Counted from the stretch's first letter, positions 14,399 through 28,227 are shown. The stretch: DNA of 64,000 bases from Mobula hypostoma (GCF_963921235.1 NC_086112.1:45756001-45820000); one strand, 5' to 3'. Numbers and translations: made by a program. Notes: a model not told the origin generated them from the letters alone.

Positions 14399-15398
14399 AA
14401 GCCAGTGAACAATGAACTCAAACTGACTTGACTAATGTGACTCACTTTGACTCTATCAAACTCACTTGCAGTGGTCATGTGACTTAGCCACAGAGAAGAA
14501 GACAGCACCACTGCTGCACTTCTGCGGGTTTGTTTCCCATCAGTGCCATGGTGTTATGCCCCAAGGGAAAAAATATAATGTTTTCTCAGCACCTTCTCCC
14601 ACTGGCAGCGAACACTCAATTAACAACAATGGCTGATACAACAATGTTTCAGAAGTCATACCATAGCACACATAGTTTATAAAGTTATATGCACACTTAA
14701 TGTTTACTACATATAGTCAAACTGGAATTTTTCTGGACATGTTGTTTTGTCTATTAGTCCTGCATTTATTTTTAACACAGTAATTGCTGGGATCTCTCTA
14801 TAATTTTGATACTTCTCCCATCTGTTGCCTCCCAATGACAATAGTTTGAATATTCTCATAGGCGTATACTGTGCTGTAATTATTCACGGTTCAGAATCAC
14901 GAGATCATAGCAGTGTAAAAGCAATTTTGCTGATGTTAAGATGAAATGACTTGTATAGTAATTAAATAATGTAAACTTCGTTTACATTTTTGAGAACAAA
15001 AAATCACTTTAATCATGAAAGTATGCTTGACAACTATCAGTGCATTCTGGCTTTGCTTCGGCTGTGTCTGTTTATTCCTTGACATTTATACTCATAATTG
15101 CACATTGTTTAGATTGTCCAAAGACTCAGGACAGTGAGCATAAACAGTTAAACAAGCAAGAAAGGCCTACAAAAAGAGCAAATCAAGGGCAGTTGGAACA
15201 CTGTCTTCAAACTAATGTGTGTACAGACTGGTTCTTTAAAAAAAGCATTCAACCATGTGTTATTAATATTCCATTCTCCTTCATTTGCTATTGTATGAAA
15301 AGTAAAAGTAACAGAAATTTTAACACTTCAGGACATGTGATTTGTATATAACCACATTCCTTTAAACATTGCTCCAAAAACAAATAATTTCTTATGTA

Positions 15399-15529
15399 TT
15401 TATTTTTAAGCTTTGTATTTAAATAGAGGACTAAAAAAAAGTTTATTTTTAAGCTTTGTATTTAAATATAGAGGATTAAAAAAAATTTATTTTTAAGCTT
15501 TGTATTTAAATATAGAGGATTAAAAAAAA
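15399..15529 (+). repeat. ~44-bp AT-rich tandem repeat, 3 copies
   Basis: TTTATTTTTAAGCTTTGTATTTAAATA(TA)GAGGA(C/T)TAAAAAAAA repeated. Confidence 0.9.
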
Positions 15530-16704
15530 TTGTTATACAAGGCTGACCCTGAATGGATTCTCCCAAGGATGAATTGTATTGAAGGCTGAGCTAAGGCAGC
15601 AGTGCTGTAGATCTACGATGCTTGAGTTTTTGACCTCTTACTGGAATTTCCAAACATGACCCCTTTCAATGGTGTTTCTAAACCTCGTCTAATCAGAGAA
15701 AGTAACTGAGAGATAAACTAGCTCGAGATAAACATCTCTTTGATTTTGGGCTCAGATCATTCAAATAAACAGCAAAGGGCTAATGAAATGGTTTTGGCAT
15801 AAAGTGGAGTAAGAATGCAAAAGATGGAATGTGCCAGTGAAGAGTTTTGTAGGATACTAACCTGCTATCATGAAATTGTTGGTACATGATGTGTGAGATG
15901 CAAGGTGCAAGTGTAATGACTCCGAATATGGAGAGAAATAGATGAGTTGAAAGACAGTAATTGTAGGAAAGAGATGGGATAGAGAAATATTGGAAGCAGT
16001 AAGGTTGGAAGATTAGGAGGAGCATAAGAGGAGTGCACATTAGTTTGACAAACCAAGCAAAGGCACTGAACTTCTTTTGGGGGTTTGCAGCCATGTCTGG
16101 GAGTTAAGTTACTGCCCACCACAACAATCTGTCTCATGGCTACAACTCTTTCTGAAACTGATAAAGGCATAACTTCAAGAGTTTTTGACTAATGATTATC
16201 ACAGATAATACTAATATATAAGCCCATTTATGTAGCTTGCCTCAGTTCTTAAACATCTACAAGGATATTAATCAGACCACAAGAGATAAGCTAACTTATG
16301 CACATTTCTTTAGTATGATCATTAACCAGGTTACTGTATATTCCATTCATGTTTTTGAAAACTTATACTGTTAACTGATCTTACTTTTAACTATAAATAT
16401 ATATAATATACATAAAATGATTGGAATTGCAGCCAAAATTTATCATAATTATGAGGATTAAGAACCTGTTTTCTTTGAATTTTTATTTAATTATTTGAAA
16501 TCTGAGATTCTCTTCTTAATACGGTCCCCTTTATGCTTTGGTAACTAAAACTGAAAGTAATATCAAGACATGCCTTGAGCAGGGCAGAAACAGTTTTACC
16601 TGATACTTTCTATTTATATTGATCTAATGATATACCTGAGCTTTCTGTTCTTTTGTTTATTACTTTCTCACAATGATGGGTTTGCAATCACTAACAAAAC
16701 CCAA

Positions 16705-16955
16705 TTCCCCTCCTCCTTCCTTTTCTCCTAAACTCTTCTCTCCCATCAGATTCCTTCTTCTCCAGCCCATTACCTTTCCCATCCTCCTGGCTTCACCCAT
16801 CACCTTCCAGCTAGCATACTTCCCCTCCTCCCCACCTTTTTTATTCTGGTATCTTCCCCCTTCCTTTCCAGCCCTGAAGAAGAGTCTTGGCCTGAAATAT
16901 CAACTGTTTATTATTTCCTTAGACCTGCTGAGTTCCTCCAGTGTTTTGTGTGTTT
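16705..16955 (+). mobile_element. Penelope-like element pLTR fragment with decayed hammerhead motif
   Basis: Pyrimidine-rich pLTR; CCCTGAAGAAGAGTCTTGGCCTGAAA; GACCTGCTGAGTTCCTCCAG tail. Confidence 0.75.
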
Positions 16956-17111
16956 CCTTACAGTTTGTTTTACCAATCTGTCGGCTATTTTTATCTCTTA
17001 TGTTGGCTCTGCACACGCCTTTGTACTTGTTTGCAATACCTGTAATCAATTACGCCTATTTTCATTTTGAAATTTTACTCAATTCTCTTCTTAGATCATC
17101 AGCTCCTTCGT

Positions 17112-17275
17112 ACCAGGTTGATAGGTTCTTTATTGGTAAGAGTGTCAAAAGTTACAGGGAGAAGGCAGGAGAATGGGGTTGAAAGGGATAATAAATCAGC
17201 CATGATGGAATGTCAGAGTCCTCAATGGCCAAATGGCCTAATTCTGCTCCAATGTCTAATGCTCTTAAGGTCTTT
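17112..17275 (+). mobile_element. CR1 3' tail fragment
   Basis: Matches the 3' end of 11185-12560. Confidence 0.8.
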
Positions 17276-18379
17276 ACAATATGACAAACATTTGCGGTTT
17301 GGTTTCATCAGCAAATCCGACCAATTTGTTCAATCGGTTTCTGGAATCAAGTTTATTGAGAAATACGAACACTGATCATTCAATGCAACTCTTCATCTTG
17401 ACTTTACTGACCAAGCAACGGTTTACAGCTCTCATTCTCTCATTCACTTCCTTTGGTGTCACTTTGAGTTCCCACTGCTCTCAGGACCAGTAGAGCCTTC
17501 AGCAAGCAGCTTTAGTAATCTTAGCACACATCCCACCTGGTTTGTCAGACATGATTTCCCCTTTACTAGATTATTCCACACATGCAGCTTTCAAATTGGG
17601 ACTCTGGGATTGTGGCCTAATGGACGAACTAAAAGAAAACTGTGGTGCATTTGTAATTTAACAGGATGTGAATATTTTAGAGGGAGCTGTACAGTGAAGA
17701 AAATATTTTTTTAAATATTTAGAATGGCTCAACTGCCCTTTCAACTGGGTAGAAAATATTTGGTGAAGTAGGTGGGGGAAAATGTGACAGGCAAAGATTG
17801 AGTGAAGTGTATAGACACGTAGGTTTGCATTCAGCTGCTGGGCAGATCGGTGCCCGCCCAGTTCTGTGGTGACCGCCTCAGTGGAGGGATTTCATATCAG
17901 GTGGTTCTGAGGAAATAGTGTTTGGAAACAGTTTTGGTAAGGCCAGTGGTACTTTCCCTGCAGAAGGTGACTGAATTCAGACCCTGGTTTAATACTAGTT
18001 TCCCAAAGTTGTTGAAAGATGAGAAAATCTGCAGAGTTGTTATCAGGTATTGCAGTCAAAAATTTGAAATTATGGCCAATAAAGATCCATTGCCTTTGTT
18101 CTCCATAATATATTTCTTTCATATGCTACTGCTCAAGGAAGAACATTTTCCCGAGATTTAGATGCTCAAAGAATCATACAACATTATGGAGTGGTCTGAA
18201 CATTACTTCCATGCCGTCAGAACCTTTCTTGGAAAGTTTGAGACCCTAACTGCCCTACTCCATTGATCAAGACAAGGGGACTTTTACCTCTGCTGGTACC
18301 AGTGGAAACAGAACATTGGTGCTGCCTGATTTGTACTCCAAGAGGAAGAAAGCAAGAACCATGAAAGGAACATCACACA

Positions 18380-20347
18380 GGCATAGTAAAGAAGGCACAT
18401 AGATGTTAACCTTCATCAGCCAGAGCACAAAATATAAGAGCAGGGAAGCTGTAGTACAGTATTATAAAATATTGGTAAGGTTACATCTGGAATATTGTGC
18501 ACTTTTGGTCACCATAGGAGGGTGATTACTTTGGAGACAGTGTGGAAGAGATTTAGTAGGATACTACCTGGGATGCAGTGTCTCAGTCCCAAGGGAAGAC
18601 TGGATAAGTTGGGTTTGCTTTCCTTGGAGCAGAGGAGGCTGAAGGTGAACCCAAAAGAGGTGTACAGGTTTCCCCCACCATCCGAAGGTAGAGTGTTCCT
18701 ATGAAATGGTTCGTAAGCCAAAATGTCGTAAAGCGAAGAAGCAATTACCATTTATTTATATGGAAAATTTTGTGAGCATTCGTAGACCCAAAAATAACCT
18801 ACCAAATCATGCCAAATAACACACAAAACCTAAAATAACAGTAACAAATAGTAAAAGCAGGAATGAATGATAAATACACAGCCTATATAAAGTAGAAATA
18901 CTTCTCTACAACGATTGCCTGCACAGATCTCCATAGCAAAAATCTCACGCAAGCGCTCTCCGCAGAAAATCTCACGCAAGCGTTATTGGCAAAAACACTC
19001 ACTCCAGTAACTTTTAAACTATGAAGCTGCCAAATCTACCAAATAACATGTAAAAATACACAGCCTATATAAAGTAGAAATAATGTATGTACAGTGTAGT
19101 ATCACCTACCAGAATCGGGAAAACAGCTTGCCGTGCACACTGATGATGGTGTGTTAGACTGAGTCGGCGCAGGTTGGGGTGGTACAGTGGCCCCCACCCT
19201 CCAGGCCGTCGACTGAAACATTGCCGCGAAGAACGCAGCGGTAGCCGGGAGGCACACAGCACATCTTTAAGAAAAAAGCCGAAGTAAACATGCTAATTAA
19301 TTAGGTGCTGCCCGGCATGTAAATGTCGGCGCAGATCAGTGCCGATTGCATCGCCTCTCATCTGGGCCGAAATTACGTGTCGGCGGCACCTAATTAAATA
19401 GCATGTTTATTTCGGCTTTTTTCTTAAAGATGTGCTGTGTGCCTCCCGCCTACTGCTGCATTCTCCGCGAATCGGTACAGTATCTGTCCGGGGCCCGGGG
19501 GTTGGATGGTGGGACACGGGGGTGTCACCTCATCCATTGCTTCACTTTCGCTACTGCATTCGGTTTCAATGGTTATCCTTTCCTCTTCCAATTGCATCAG
19601 CTCTTCATCTATCAGTTCTTCGTCATGGGATGCCAAAAGCTCTTCAACATCATCTTCGTCAGCTTCCACAAGCCAAAATCACTTTGTCCTTGCTTCGTTC
19701 ACCATGATCAAAATGCTTAATTATGTCTAGTTTTACACTGAGTGTAACACCCTTACGAGCTCTTTCAGGCTTTTCCAACACCTTAGGACTCATCTTGCTA
19801 ACAACTGCTCAATGCAACGTGTTTAAGTAATGCCGTTCCGAATCTGGGGCAGAGCGGCTGCTCGGGGTGCGCACTGCCTTTTCTCGCGTGCTATTTTTTC
19901 ACACACTGATTTTTAATCGCGCGCTGCCTTTCTTTGTAACAGTGAAAACACCTTCTGAAAGCGAAAACAGGGTACTAATGTAGGTCTTTCGTAACAGTGA
20001 GGTTTTGTAAAGTGAATGTTTGAAAAGCGGGGGACAGCTGTATAAAATTATGAAGGGTATAGATAGTAGTAAATTTAAACTTTTTGTCATAAACTTAACC
20101 ATGGAGCAGAGGTATCCATGGCCTGAGGGTATCAGTTTAAAGTAAGAAATAAGAGGTATAGAGGAAATGGAAGGAAGTTTTTTTTTCCACACAAAGAGTG
20201 GTTGGAATTTGGAATGCACTGCCTGGGAGAATGGTGGAGGAAGAGACTATCACAACATTTAAGAACTGTCTATATGAGCACTCGAATTAACAAGGTAGAG
20301 AAGGCTATGGAACAAGTGTTGGTAAATGGGATTACATTGGCTTGAGA
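18380..20347 (+). mobile_element. CR1 LINE 3' fragment split by a Tigger insertion at TA 18663-18664
   Basis: RLDKLGLLSLEQRRLK..EVY|KIMKGID is continuous across the transposon. Confidence 0.8.
18665..20040 (-). mobile_element. Non-autonomous Tigger/pogo DNA transposon (internally deleted)
   Basis: TA|CAGGTTTCCCC ... GGGGACAGCTG|TA termini with TA TSD. Minus-strand transposase N-terminus (MSPKVLEKPERARKGVTLSVKLDIIKHFDHGE) is joined to the acidic C-terminus (DVEELLASHDEELIDEELMQLEEE). Confidence 0.88.
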
Positions 20348-20514
20348 ATCAAAAAAACCGCAGATATTTGGAAATCTGAAATAAAAAAAACTAGAAACAC
20401 TCAATAGGTCAGGTAGGAGAAACAAGGTTAATGTTTCAAATGAAGGGTTTGACATAAGGCTTCATTCCAGAGATGCTGCTCGATATATTGATGATTTCCA
20501 GTATTTTCTGTTTC
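20348..20514. mobile_element. Degenerate fold-back Penelope terminal mini-insertion
   Basis: 15-bp TSD TACATTGGCTTGAGA (20333-20347 / 20515-20529); pLTR end in both orientations. Confidence 0.65.
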
Positions 20515-20647
20515 TACATTGGCTTGAGAGTTGTTCTCAGCTAAAGGATTGCAAGTTTAAGATAATCTTTGATCTCAGTTACGTAATCCATTCAAAGGGA
20601 TTTCCTACAATACTTCTTAGTTGTTGTATTTTCCTACATTGCTCAAA

Positions 20648-22255
20648 GTTCAAAGTTCAAAATAAATATATTGGCAAAGTATATATATGTCACCATATAC
20701 AACCCTGAGATTTGTTGTTTTGTGGACATATTCAATAAATCCAAAGAATAATAACCATAATAGAGTCAATGAAAGACCGCACCAACTTTGGTGTTCAAGC
20801 AATGTCCAGAAGACAACAAAACATGCAAATAAAAAAGAGAGAAACAATAATAAATACATTAGCAACAAATATTGAGAACATGAGACAAAGAGTCTTTGAA
20901 AGTGTGGCCAGAGGTTGTGGTAACATTTCAATGGTGGGGTAAGTGAAGTTGAGTGAAGTTATCCCCTTTGGTTCAAGATGCTGATGGTCGTGGAGTAATA
21001 ACTCTTCCCGAACCTGGTGATGTGAGTCCTGATGAGCATGTTCTGGTGGTGGGGGGCCTGTGATGATGGATGCTGCTTTCCTCTTGACAATGTTTCATGC
21101 AGATGTGCTCAATGGTGGAGAGGGCATTAACTGTGACGGGCTGGGCTGTATCCTATAGTCATAGTCATACTTTATTGATCCCGGGGGAAATTGGTTTTTG
21201 TTACAGTTGCGCCATAACTAGTAAGTAGTAATAAAACCATAAATAATTAAATAGTAATATGTAAATTATGCCAGGAAATAAGTCCAGGACCAGCCTATTG
21301 GCTCAGGGTGTCTGACCCTCCAAGGGAGGAGTTGTAAAGTTTGATGGCCACAGGCAGGAATGACTTCCTATGACGCTCTGTGTTGCATCTCAGTGGAATG
21401 AGTCTCTGGCTGAATGTACTCCTGTGCCCACCCAGTACATTATGTAGTGGATGGGAGACATTGTCCAAGATAGCATGCAACTTGGACAGCATCCTCTTTT
21501 TCAGGCACCACCATCAGAGAGTCCAGTTCCATCCCTACAACATCACTGGCCTTACGAATGAGTTTGTTGTTTTTGTTGGTGTCTGCTACCCTTAGCCTGC
21601 TGCCCCAGCACACAACAGCAAACATGATAGCACTGGCCACCACAGACTCATAGAACATCCTCAGCGTCGTCCGGCTGATGTTAAAGGACCTCAGTCTCCT
21701 CAGGAAATAGAGATGGTTCTGACCCTTCTTGTAGACAGCCTCAGTGTTCTTAGACCAGTCCAGTTTATTGTCAATTCGTATCCCCAGGTATTTATAATCC
21801 TCTACCATGTCCACACTGACCCCCGGATGGAAATAGTGGTCACCGGTACCTTAGCTCTCCTCAGGTCTATGACCACCACCAAATCCACAACTGTTTGTAG
21901 GATTTTCCATTCAAGACCGTTGGTGTTTCCATACCAACTTGTGATGAAGCTAGTCAACATACTCTCCACCGCACATCTGTAGAAATGTGTCAAAGTTTAG
22001 ATGTCAAGCTGTACTTTCTTTGTAATTGCATTTATGTGCTGGACCCAGGACAGGTTCTCCAAATGAATAACATCAAGGAATTTAAAGTTGCTGACCCTCT
22101 ACACCTGTGATTCCCTGATGAGAACTGGCTCATGGACCTCTGGTTTCCTCCTCCTGAAGTCAATAATCAGCTCCTTGGTCTTGCTGACATTGAATAAGAG
22201 GTTGTTTTCATGGCACCACCTAGCCAGATTTCCAAACTATCTCCTATATGCTGAA
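20648..22255 (-). mobile_element. Rex1/Babar-type LINE fragment with a nested second Rex1-type copy (~21156-21870)
   Basis: YKYLGIRIDNKLDWSKNTEAVYKKGQNHLYFLRRLRSF; FYRCAVESMLTSFITSWYGN; microsatellite tails. Confidence 0.85.
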
Positions 22256-22949
22256 TCTATGGGTTGATTTTTACTTTGTGTGATAGTGGGTAATAGTGAT
22301 GTTGGTATATTTTATGTCTCTCCACAACAATGGGCAATCAATTCAGCCTCTGGCCTCTAGCATAGCTTTTATCTACCCCTTCTTGGAAGAATAATTTCTT
22401 GTTATGAGCCTTAAGTTACATTTTTTGAATTTTAATTAAGGCCTTCATTTGTATTCTGCCAGTTTGTTTAAATATTTTTTTAAGAACGTTAACAATCTTA
22501 TATACATTCTTTCTGGATCACTTTTCAGGCACCAGACGTGAGAGGATTTTGGCAGCTGAGTGGGTGAGGTTGGAACAACTGAGTGAATTAAGTGTGGTAA
22601 ATAATATGGCATATCAGAAACCTGAATCCATCCTGTTGACTTCCATACTAACCCTTGTTCTTCAGGTTACTTGTGACAAGTTCTCTCTAAGAAGATGGGT
22701 CGGGAGTGCCAGAATAACAACCACTCAGCAAAAATAACTTAATCCGAGTGACACAATTCCCTGAGTTTCTTGAGACTTGTTAGTGAAGCCAAAGTAGGAA
22801 CACTTTGGCACTGGATGGAAACTGAATATTTAATATTCTAACTGGGAATAAAATGCACATTTTTATCCCTAGGGAGATCGCTTTGCTTTTGGAGAGGGGA
22901 GACTGCCATTTTATCACTGGTGAGATTGCTCTGCCATGGAGAGGGAGAA

Positions 22950-23160
22950 TGCTGTCTAGGTTTTCTACCTTTTGAATGTGGATTTGGACTGGAATTTTTT
23001 TTCCAATGCTATGATTTTTTGTATTGAGTGTTTTTCGTGAGGAGGGATTTGTGTGTTGATGATCATGCTACCGTTCTCTTTTTTTCTTGGTTTTGTGGCT
23101 ATCTGGAGAAGAAGAATTTCAGAGTTGTATATTTTGATAATAAATGAACTTTTGAACCTT
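22950..23160 (+). mobile_element. LINE 3'-tail fragment (L2/Rex-like)
   Basis: ...TTTCAGAGTTGTATATTTTGATAATAAATGAACTTTTGAACC, a tail like other Rex copies. Confidence 0.5.
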
Positions 23161-23904
23161 CCAGGTGCTTCCTTGAGAGATCCCACTCAAAAGTTTTGCA
23201 CAGAAGATATATTGGGAGATTAAATAGCAAAGTTGGAAGAAGGTTTAGTTGAATTTGAGTAACTTCGTAAACATTGCTATTAACATTACAAATTATGTAG
23301 ATGTGTTTCTGTTGTTTGTACTTTGTATCACTCCATAACCACATTGGCATGACTGCTGTTTGCAATGCCAATACTCGAGACTCAGAGTATAACCACAATG
23401 ATTCTCAGGAACCACAGCAATTCATCATCCACCTGTAGCTACAGACGAGAGACCTGGGAGACCCAGTTCATAGTGAGCCATACCCACCACACTAAACTTA
23501 CATCCAAATATCAGAACACCAACATCAGAGGAGGAGAATGTCAGGTAAAGTGGTGAAAGATAATACACTCTATTGGAACAATAAAGGAATGGCCTGATGT
23601 TGTATTAGGTTCAGGTCGGTGGTGGATGGTCAGATATGGAGATGAGGGAATGTACACAATAAAAAGGATGGTTCTCCGTAGATAAATTGGTCATGGAGCA
23701 ATCATGGAGTGAGCACTTGTTGTAAATGCCCACTTGGTCACTAATCTTCTTCAATGTAGAATATTTACTATCCTTTTCTACCTCAGCTGTATGGCAAGTG
23801 ACTCCAGACCTTCAATGTAAATGGCTGTCTCACTAGTTCATGGCAACAGGAATGGATAATAAATGCTGGCTTCGCTAGTGACAAGGGAGAGAAGTGAAGA
23901 AATG

Positions 23905-24890
23905 GAAATACAGCTCCAGTGCCAGATTTAAGTTTTTTTGATGACACCACTTTTGTTGGCCGAATTAAAGGTGGTGACACATCAGCATATAAGAGGGAGA
24001 TTGAAAATTTGTTGAATGGTGATACAATAACATCTTGTTCAATTTCAGCATAAAAATAAAGAGTTGATTATTGATTACTAGAGGTCCACAAGCCAGTTCT
24101 CATCAGGAGATCAGAAGTGGAGAACTTTAAATTCCATGCCATTATCATTTCAGAGGATCTGTCTTGGATGCAGGACACAAGTACCGTCACAGAGAAGACA
24201 TGGCAGTCCCTCTACTTACTGAAGGGTTTGAGCAGATTCAGCATGTATCTAAAAGTTTGACAAACATCTATAGCTGAACATTGAAGAGTATACTGACTGG
24301 TTGCACCATGGCCTTGTATGGAAACACTAATGCCCTTGAATAGAAAAGCCTACAAAAAGTAATGGACGCAGACAAGTCCATTATGGGTAAAGCCCTCGCC
24401 ACTATTCAGTACAATTACTAAGAGTGCTTTTGCAGGAAAGCAGCAATAATCATCAAAGGAACCCCACCATCCAGGACATGCTCTCTTCTCACTGCTACCA
24501 TCAGGAAGGAGGAGGTGCAGGAGCCTTATTTCCTACACCACCAGGCTCAAGAACAGTTATTAACCCTTAACTATCAGGCTTCTGAACCAGAGGGATAACT
24601 TCACTCACCCCAACACTGAACTGATTCCACAAACTATGGACTCACTTTCAAGGACTCTATAACATGTTCTTGATATCTATTACTTATTTATTTCTTTTCT
24701 TTTCTGTTTTTCATATTTGCACAGTTTCTTGTCTTTTGAAAATTGGTTGTTTGTCTTTGTCGTGTGCAGTTTTTCATTGAATCTATAGTGTGTCTTTGAA
24801 TGTGCTGTGAATGCCCACAAGAAAATGAATCTCAGAGTAGTATATGATGGCATGTATGTACTTTGATTATAAATTTATTTCAAACTTTGA
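23905..24890 (+). mobile_element. Rex1/Babar-type LINE 3' part
   Basis: KF.DDTT.VG.IKG, KELIIDY, PHHPGHALFSLLPSGRR, standard tail. Confidence 0.85.
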
Positions 24891-25734
24891 AATGTTGGCA
24901 CTCTAAAAGTTTGTAGGAATAGAAGAAGTTACCATTACAGGGAGTGTTGGGATTCTGATTTAAGCGCAAGAGTGGGAACTGGAGGTGTTTGCCAGCACTC
25001 AGTTAAGTTGTAAGGAGAGACAGTCATTCAGGAGAGTTTGATGGATGTGGAAGAAAAGGTCTGATTGACAACTAAACTAGTTTTCATTATGGGTCAGATG
25101 GAAGCCTTTAAACCTGCAGGACATAAAAACTCGAACTGCAAGTACCTCACAGGGTCTTCACTCTAAATCACCTGGATAAATTGAGCAGTGCACCAATGTA
25201 ATTTCAGCTGGGGGAAAGCCGTCCACAGAGCATACAGACTCCATCCAGACAGCACCAGAGGTCAGGACTGAACATAGATCGCTCGAGCTGAACCGTAGCA
25301 ACAGAAACCGCTGTCCCACAGCAATATCTACAACTTGGAACATCATTAGAAGGAAGTTAATTTTTCTACCCTTTATGGCCTATATGTGACTCCAGATCCA
25401 CTTAGAAAGAGGTGGGATCGGATTTGAAATTGGAGGATCAGGAGGGAAATGGAAGCACTGGTGGTAGACCAGGAGATCCAGGGAAGATCACCATCAAGAT
25501 GGGAGTAAAAATGGCCTGTGGTTCCCTGGCTTGTTTCTGCTGTCCTGATTAAATAAAGGAATGGTCTTCTGGTACCTCAACTCTGCCTAGCAAAGTTGCT
25601 AAAATCCTACTGTTTCCCCAGCTGTCTCCTCCCTTGATTCCCATGGGTACCTGAGATAGATCTCATCTGGCCATGTGGAATTATCAACCTGAATGCATCC
25701 CATGACACCTAACACCTACCCCTTTAAGCATGTC

Positions 25735-26100
25735 TACAGAGGCAATGTCTCAGAAAGGGACCCCCGCCATTTGTAACGCGCCCTCTTCTCAATGTTGCCA
25801 TCAGGCTGGAAAAGCCTGAAGATCCACTCCTCAAGGATTAGCATCAGCTTCTTCCCCACTGCCATCAGGTTCTTGAACCAATCTGAAAAATCCTAACATC
25901 ATGTCAGACTGTATTTCTTCTTCCTTTTCTCAATTTGCACTCATGTCATAATGTTTATTTTGTCATTTAAGTTATGTATAATTTGTTAATTTAAGTTTAT
26001 ATTAACTTATGTATGTCATGTCTGTTCTGTGCTGCTGCTGCAAAAAGTTAATTTTCATGGCATTTATACCCTGTGTGTTTATGCATTAAAAAAAACTTGA
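25735..26100 (+). mobile_element. Rex1/L2-type LINE 3' fragment
   Basis: ALFSMLPSG..SFFPTAIRFLN; tail. Confidence 0.7.
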
Positions 26101-26398
26101 ATTTCTTAAGCCTGACCTGCTGCAGTCTATCAATGTACTCCTTCCTGAACTCACCATCTTCCACAGCCTTCTCCTTGGCGAATACAGTTGAGAAGCCTTC
26201 ATTTAGGACATTGCCCACGTTACTTGGCAGTAAACATCTTTTGCCCTCTTAGGGTGCTTACACTTTTCCTCCCTATTCTCTGTTATTCTTATAGAATGTC
26301 TTGATATTTTCCTTAATCTTACTTGCTATGAATATTTCATAGCTTCATTTTGCCCCTCTAATTTCTTCCTTAAATCCTCTTTGACACCCTCACCTGAA

Positions 26399-26728
26399 GG
26401 CAGCAATTCAGCACAGTGGTTAGCACAAACTTTTACAGCACCAGTAACTAGGGTTCAATTCCCAATGCTGTCTGTAAGGAGTTTGTACGTTCTCCCCACT
26501 ACTGGGTGGGTTTCTTCCGCAGGCCCTGGTTTCCTCCCACACTCCAAAGTTGTACAGTTTAGTTAAGAGTTGTAGGCATCCTACGTTGGCATCAGAAGTA
26601 TGGTGACATTTGTGAGCTGTTCCCAGTACAGTACATCCCTGTACTATTTTGGTCGTTAACACAAATGACACATTTCAATGTATGTTTCGATATTTTGATG
26701 TACCTGTGACAAGTAAAGCTAATCTTTA
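26399..26728 (+). mobile_element. tRNA-derived V-SINE (HE1-like)
   Basis: A-box-like GCACAGTGG and B-box GGTTCAATTCC; V-domain GTTTGTACGTTCTCCCC..GGGTTTC..GGTTTCCTCCCACA; LINE-like tail. Confidence 0.82.
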
Positions 26729-27139
26729 ATAGACCTTAATCTATAATATGCTTCTTTTTCTCTTGATCAGCTTTTCAATATGCTTTGTCATCCAAAGTTA
26801 TCATTCTACCCATGTCATTAGTACCAATGTGTACTGCAACCTCTGGCTGTTCTCAGTCCTCTTTCCAAAGGACCCTGGCACCAGGCAGGGAACATACCAT
26901 CTTAGAGTTTCACTTTCGGACACTGAAATCCCTTTGTCTTTTCTTCACAAGTGAATCCCCTTCCATGAATATAATTAAAAAATGCAACCTGATTTTTGTG
27001 GAATTTCACACTGATGCATTTTTATGGTGAAACACAGTAAAATGTCCTTTTTAGCAAAGCTAATGTCAGCATGCATTGTCATTAATCCAGTAGCATATTG
27101 AGTTATTTTGGATTTCCATATCTAATTCCTCTGCAATGC

Positions 27140-27416
27140 TCACTTTGTATGTAAGACCGGGGAGCTAAGTACAGCTCCAAAGCCATATTCAAATTTGCTG
27201 ACAATATTACTTTTATTGGCCGAATCAAAGGTGGCGACAAATCGTCATATACATGGGAGACTGAAAATCTGGTTGATTGGTGCCACAATAATAACCTCTC
27301 ACTCAATTTCAGCCACACCAAAGAGCTGGTTATTGACTACAGGAGGAGGAAACCGTAGTTCCATGAGCAAGTTCTCATCGGGGATCAGAGGTGGAGAGCT
27401 TTAAATTCCATGGCAT
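27140..27416 (+). mobile_element. Rex1-type LINE, 5' part (continues at 32676 after the ERV insertion)
   Basis: IFKFADNITFIGRIKGG; colinear with 32676-33930. Confidence 0.8.
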
Positions 27417-27927
27417 TGTTAGACAGTATTCTGGAGTTTTGTGAATATAACAGACATTAATTCAAATAAGAACCAGGCTTCAGTTCTTATTGTAAATGTA
27501 AATTCAGGAAACTTGCAATTAGCCTTCGGTTTTTTTCATAAATTGCAAGCAGTAAATTGAAGTTAAAAGCACAGGCTGCTCCACAGACAATGAGACTGCA
27601 TAAACAAGAGCCAAACATTAAAACAATGGAATTGTGTTATTGGCTTGCATCAAACCAGACAGTATGGCTAAGTTATTTGCAGTATTGTGACTTGAGAGCT
27701 AGCTGGTAGGCCAGATGGATGTTGTCATTTAGCACATCAAACATGGTCACAGGTATAGGCAATCAATAATTTTTGTGTACATGTCATATTTGTGCACTCA
27801 GAGACCCTGACAACATTAATTTTGGGTATCTGGCTCTCTGTTGTCAAAAGATTTTAGAATATTTGTGTTAACTAGTTTCTCTGAAAGGTGTTTGGACCTT
27901 CAGAGGTGTCGTTAATTGCAATGTGCT

Positions 27928-28160
27928 TGTGGTAAACCATATATATATGTTGTAACTGGGTTACCTGTCTGGACACGCCCCTCTGCTGACTACTCCTGTG
28001 GCTCCTCCCACAGAACCCTGAATAAAGGCGATTGCGCCATTGCTCCTCCTCTTAGTCCAGGGTAGATACTCAGCATGGTGGAGGTCACATTTTACTGCTA
28101 ATAAAAGCCTTTCAGTATTTACTCTGCTTCTAGTCTTTTGGAGTTATTGATGGTGCATCA
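27928..28160 (+). mobile_element. Solo LTR (probably Gypsy-type) nested in the ERV 5' LTR
   Basis: TGTGG...GCATCA termini; AATAAA; TSD GTGCT/GTGTT. Confidence 0.75.
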
Positions 28161-28227
28161 GTGTTTCCACTGATCAAAGGAATTATTCGTCAACCCGAAA
28201 TATTGAAGTAAACAATGTCATTGTTAC

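Noticed and set aside
15399-15529. CRISPR-like array
   Set aside because: Head-to-tail tandem repeat with no unique spacers, in a eukaryotic context.
23365-23556. Possible coding exon ending CAG|GTAAAG
   Set aside because: No recognisable homology and no convincing acceptor; it cannot be supported.
26399-26470. tRNA gene
   Set aside because: It is a SINE head with no full cloverleaf; the same applies to 43600-43673.
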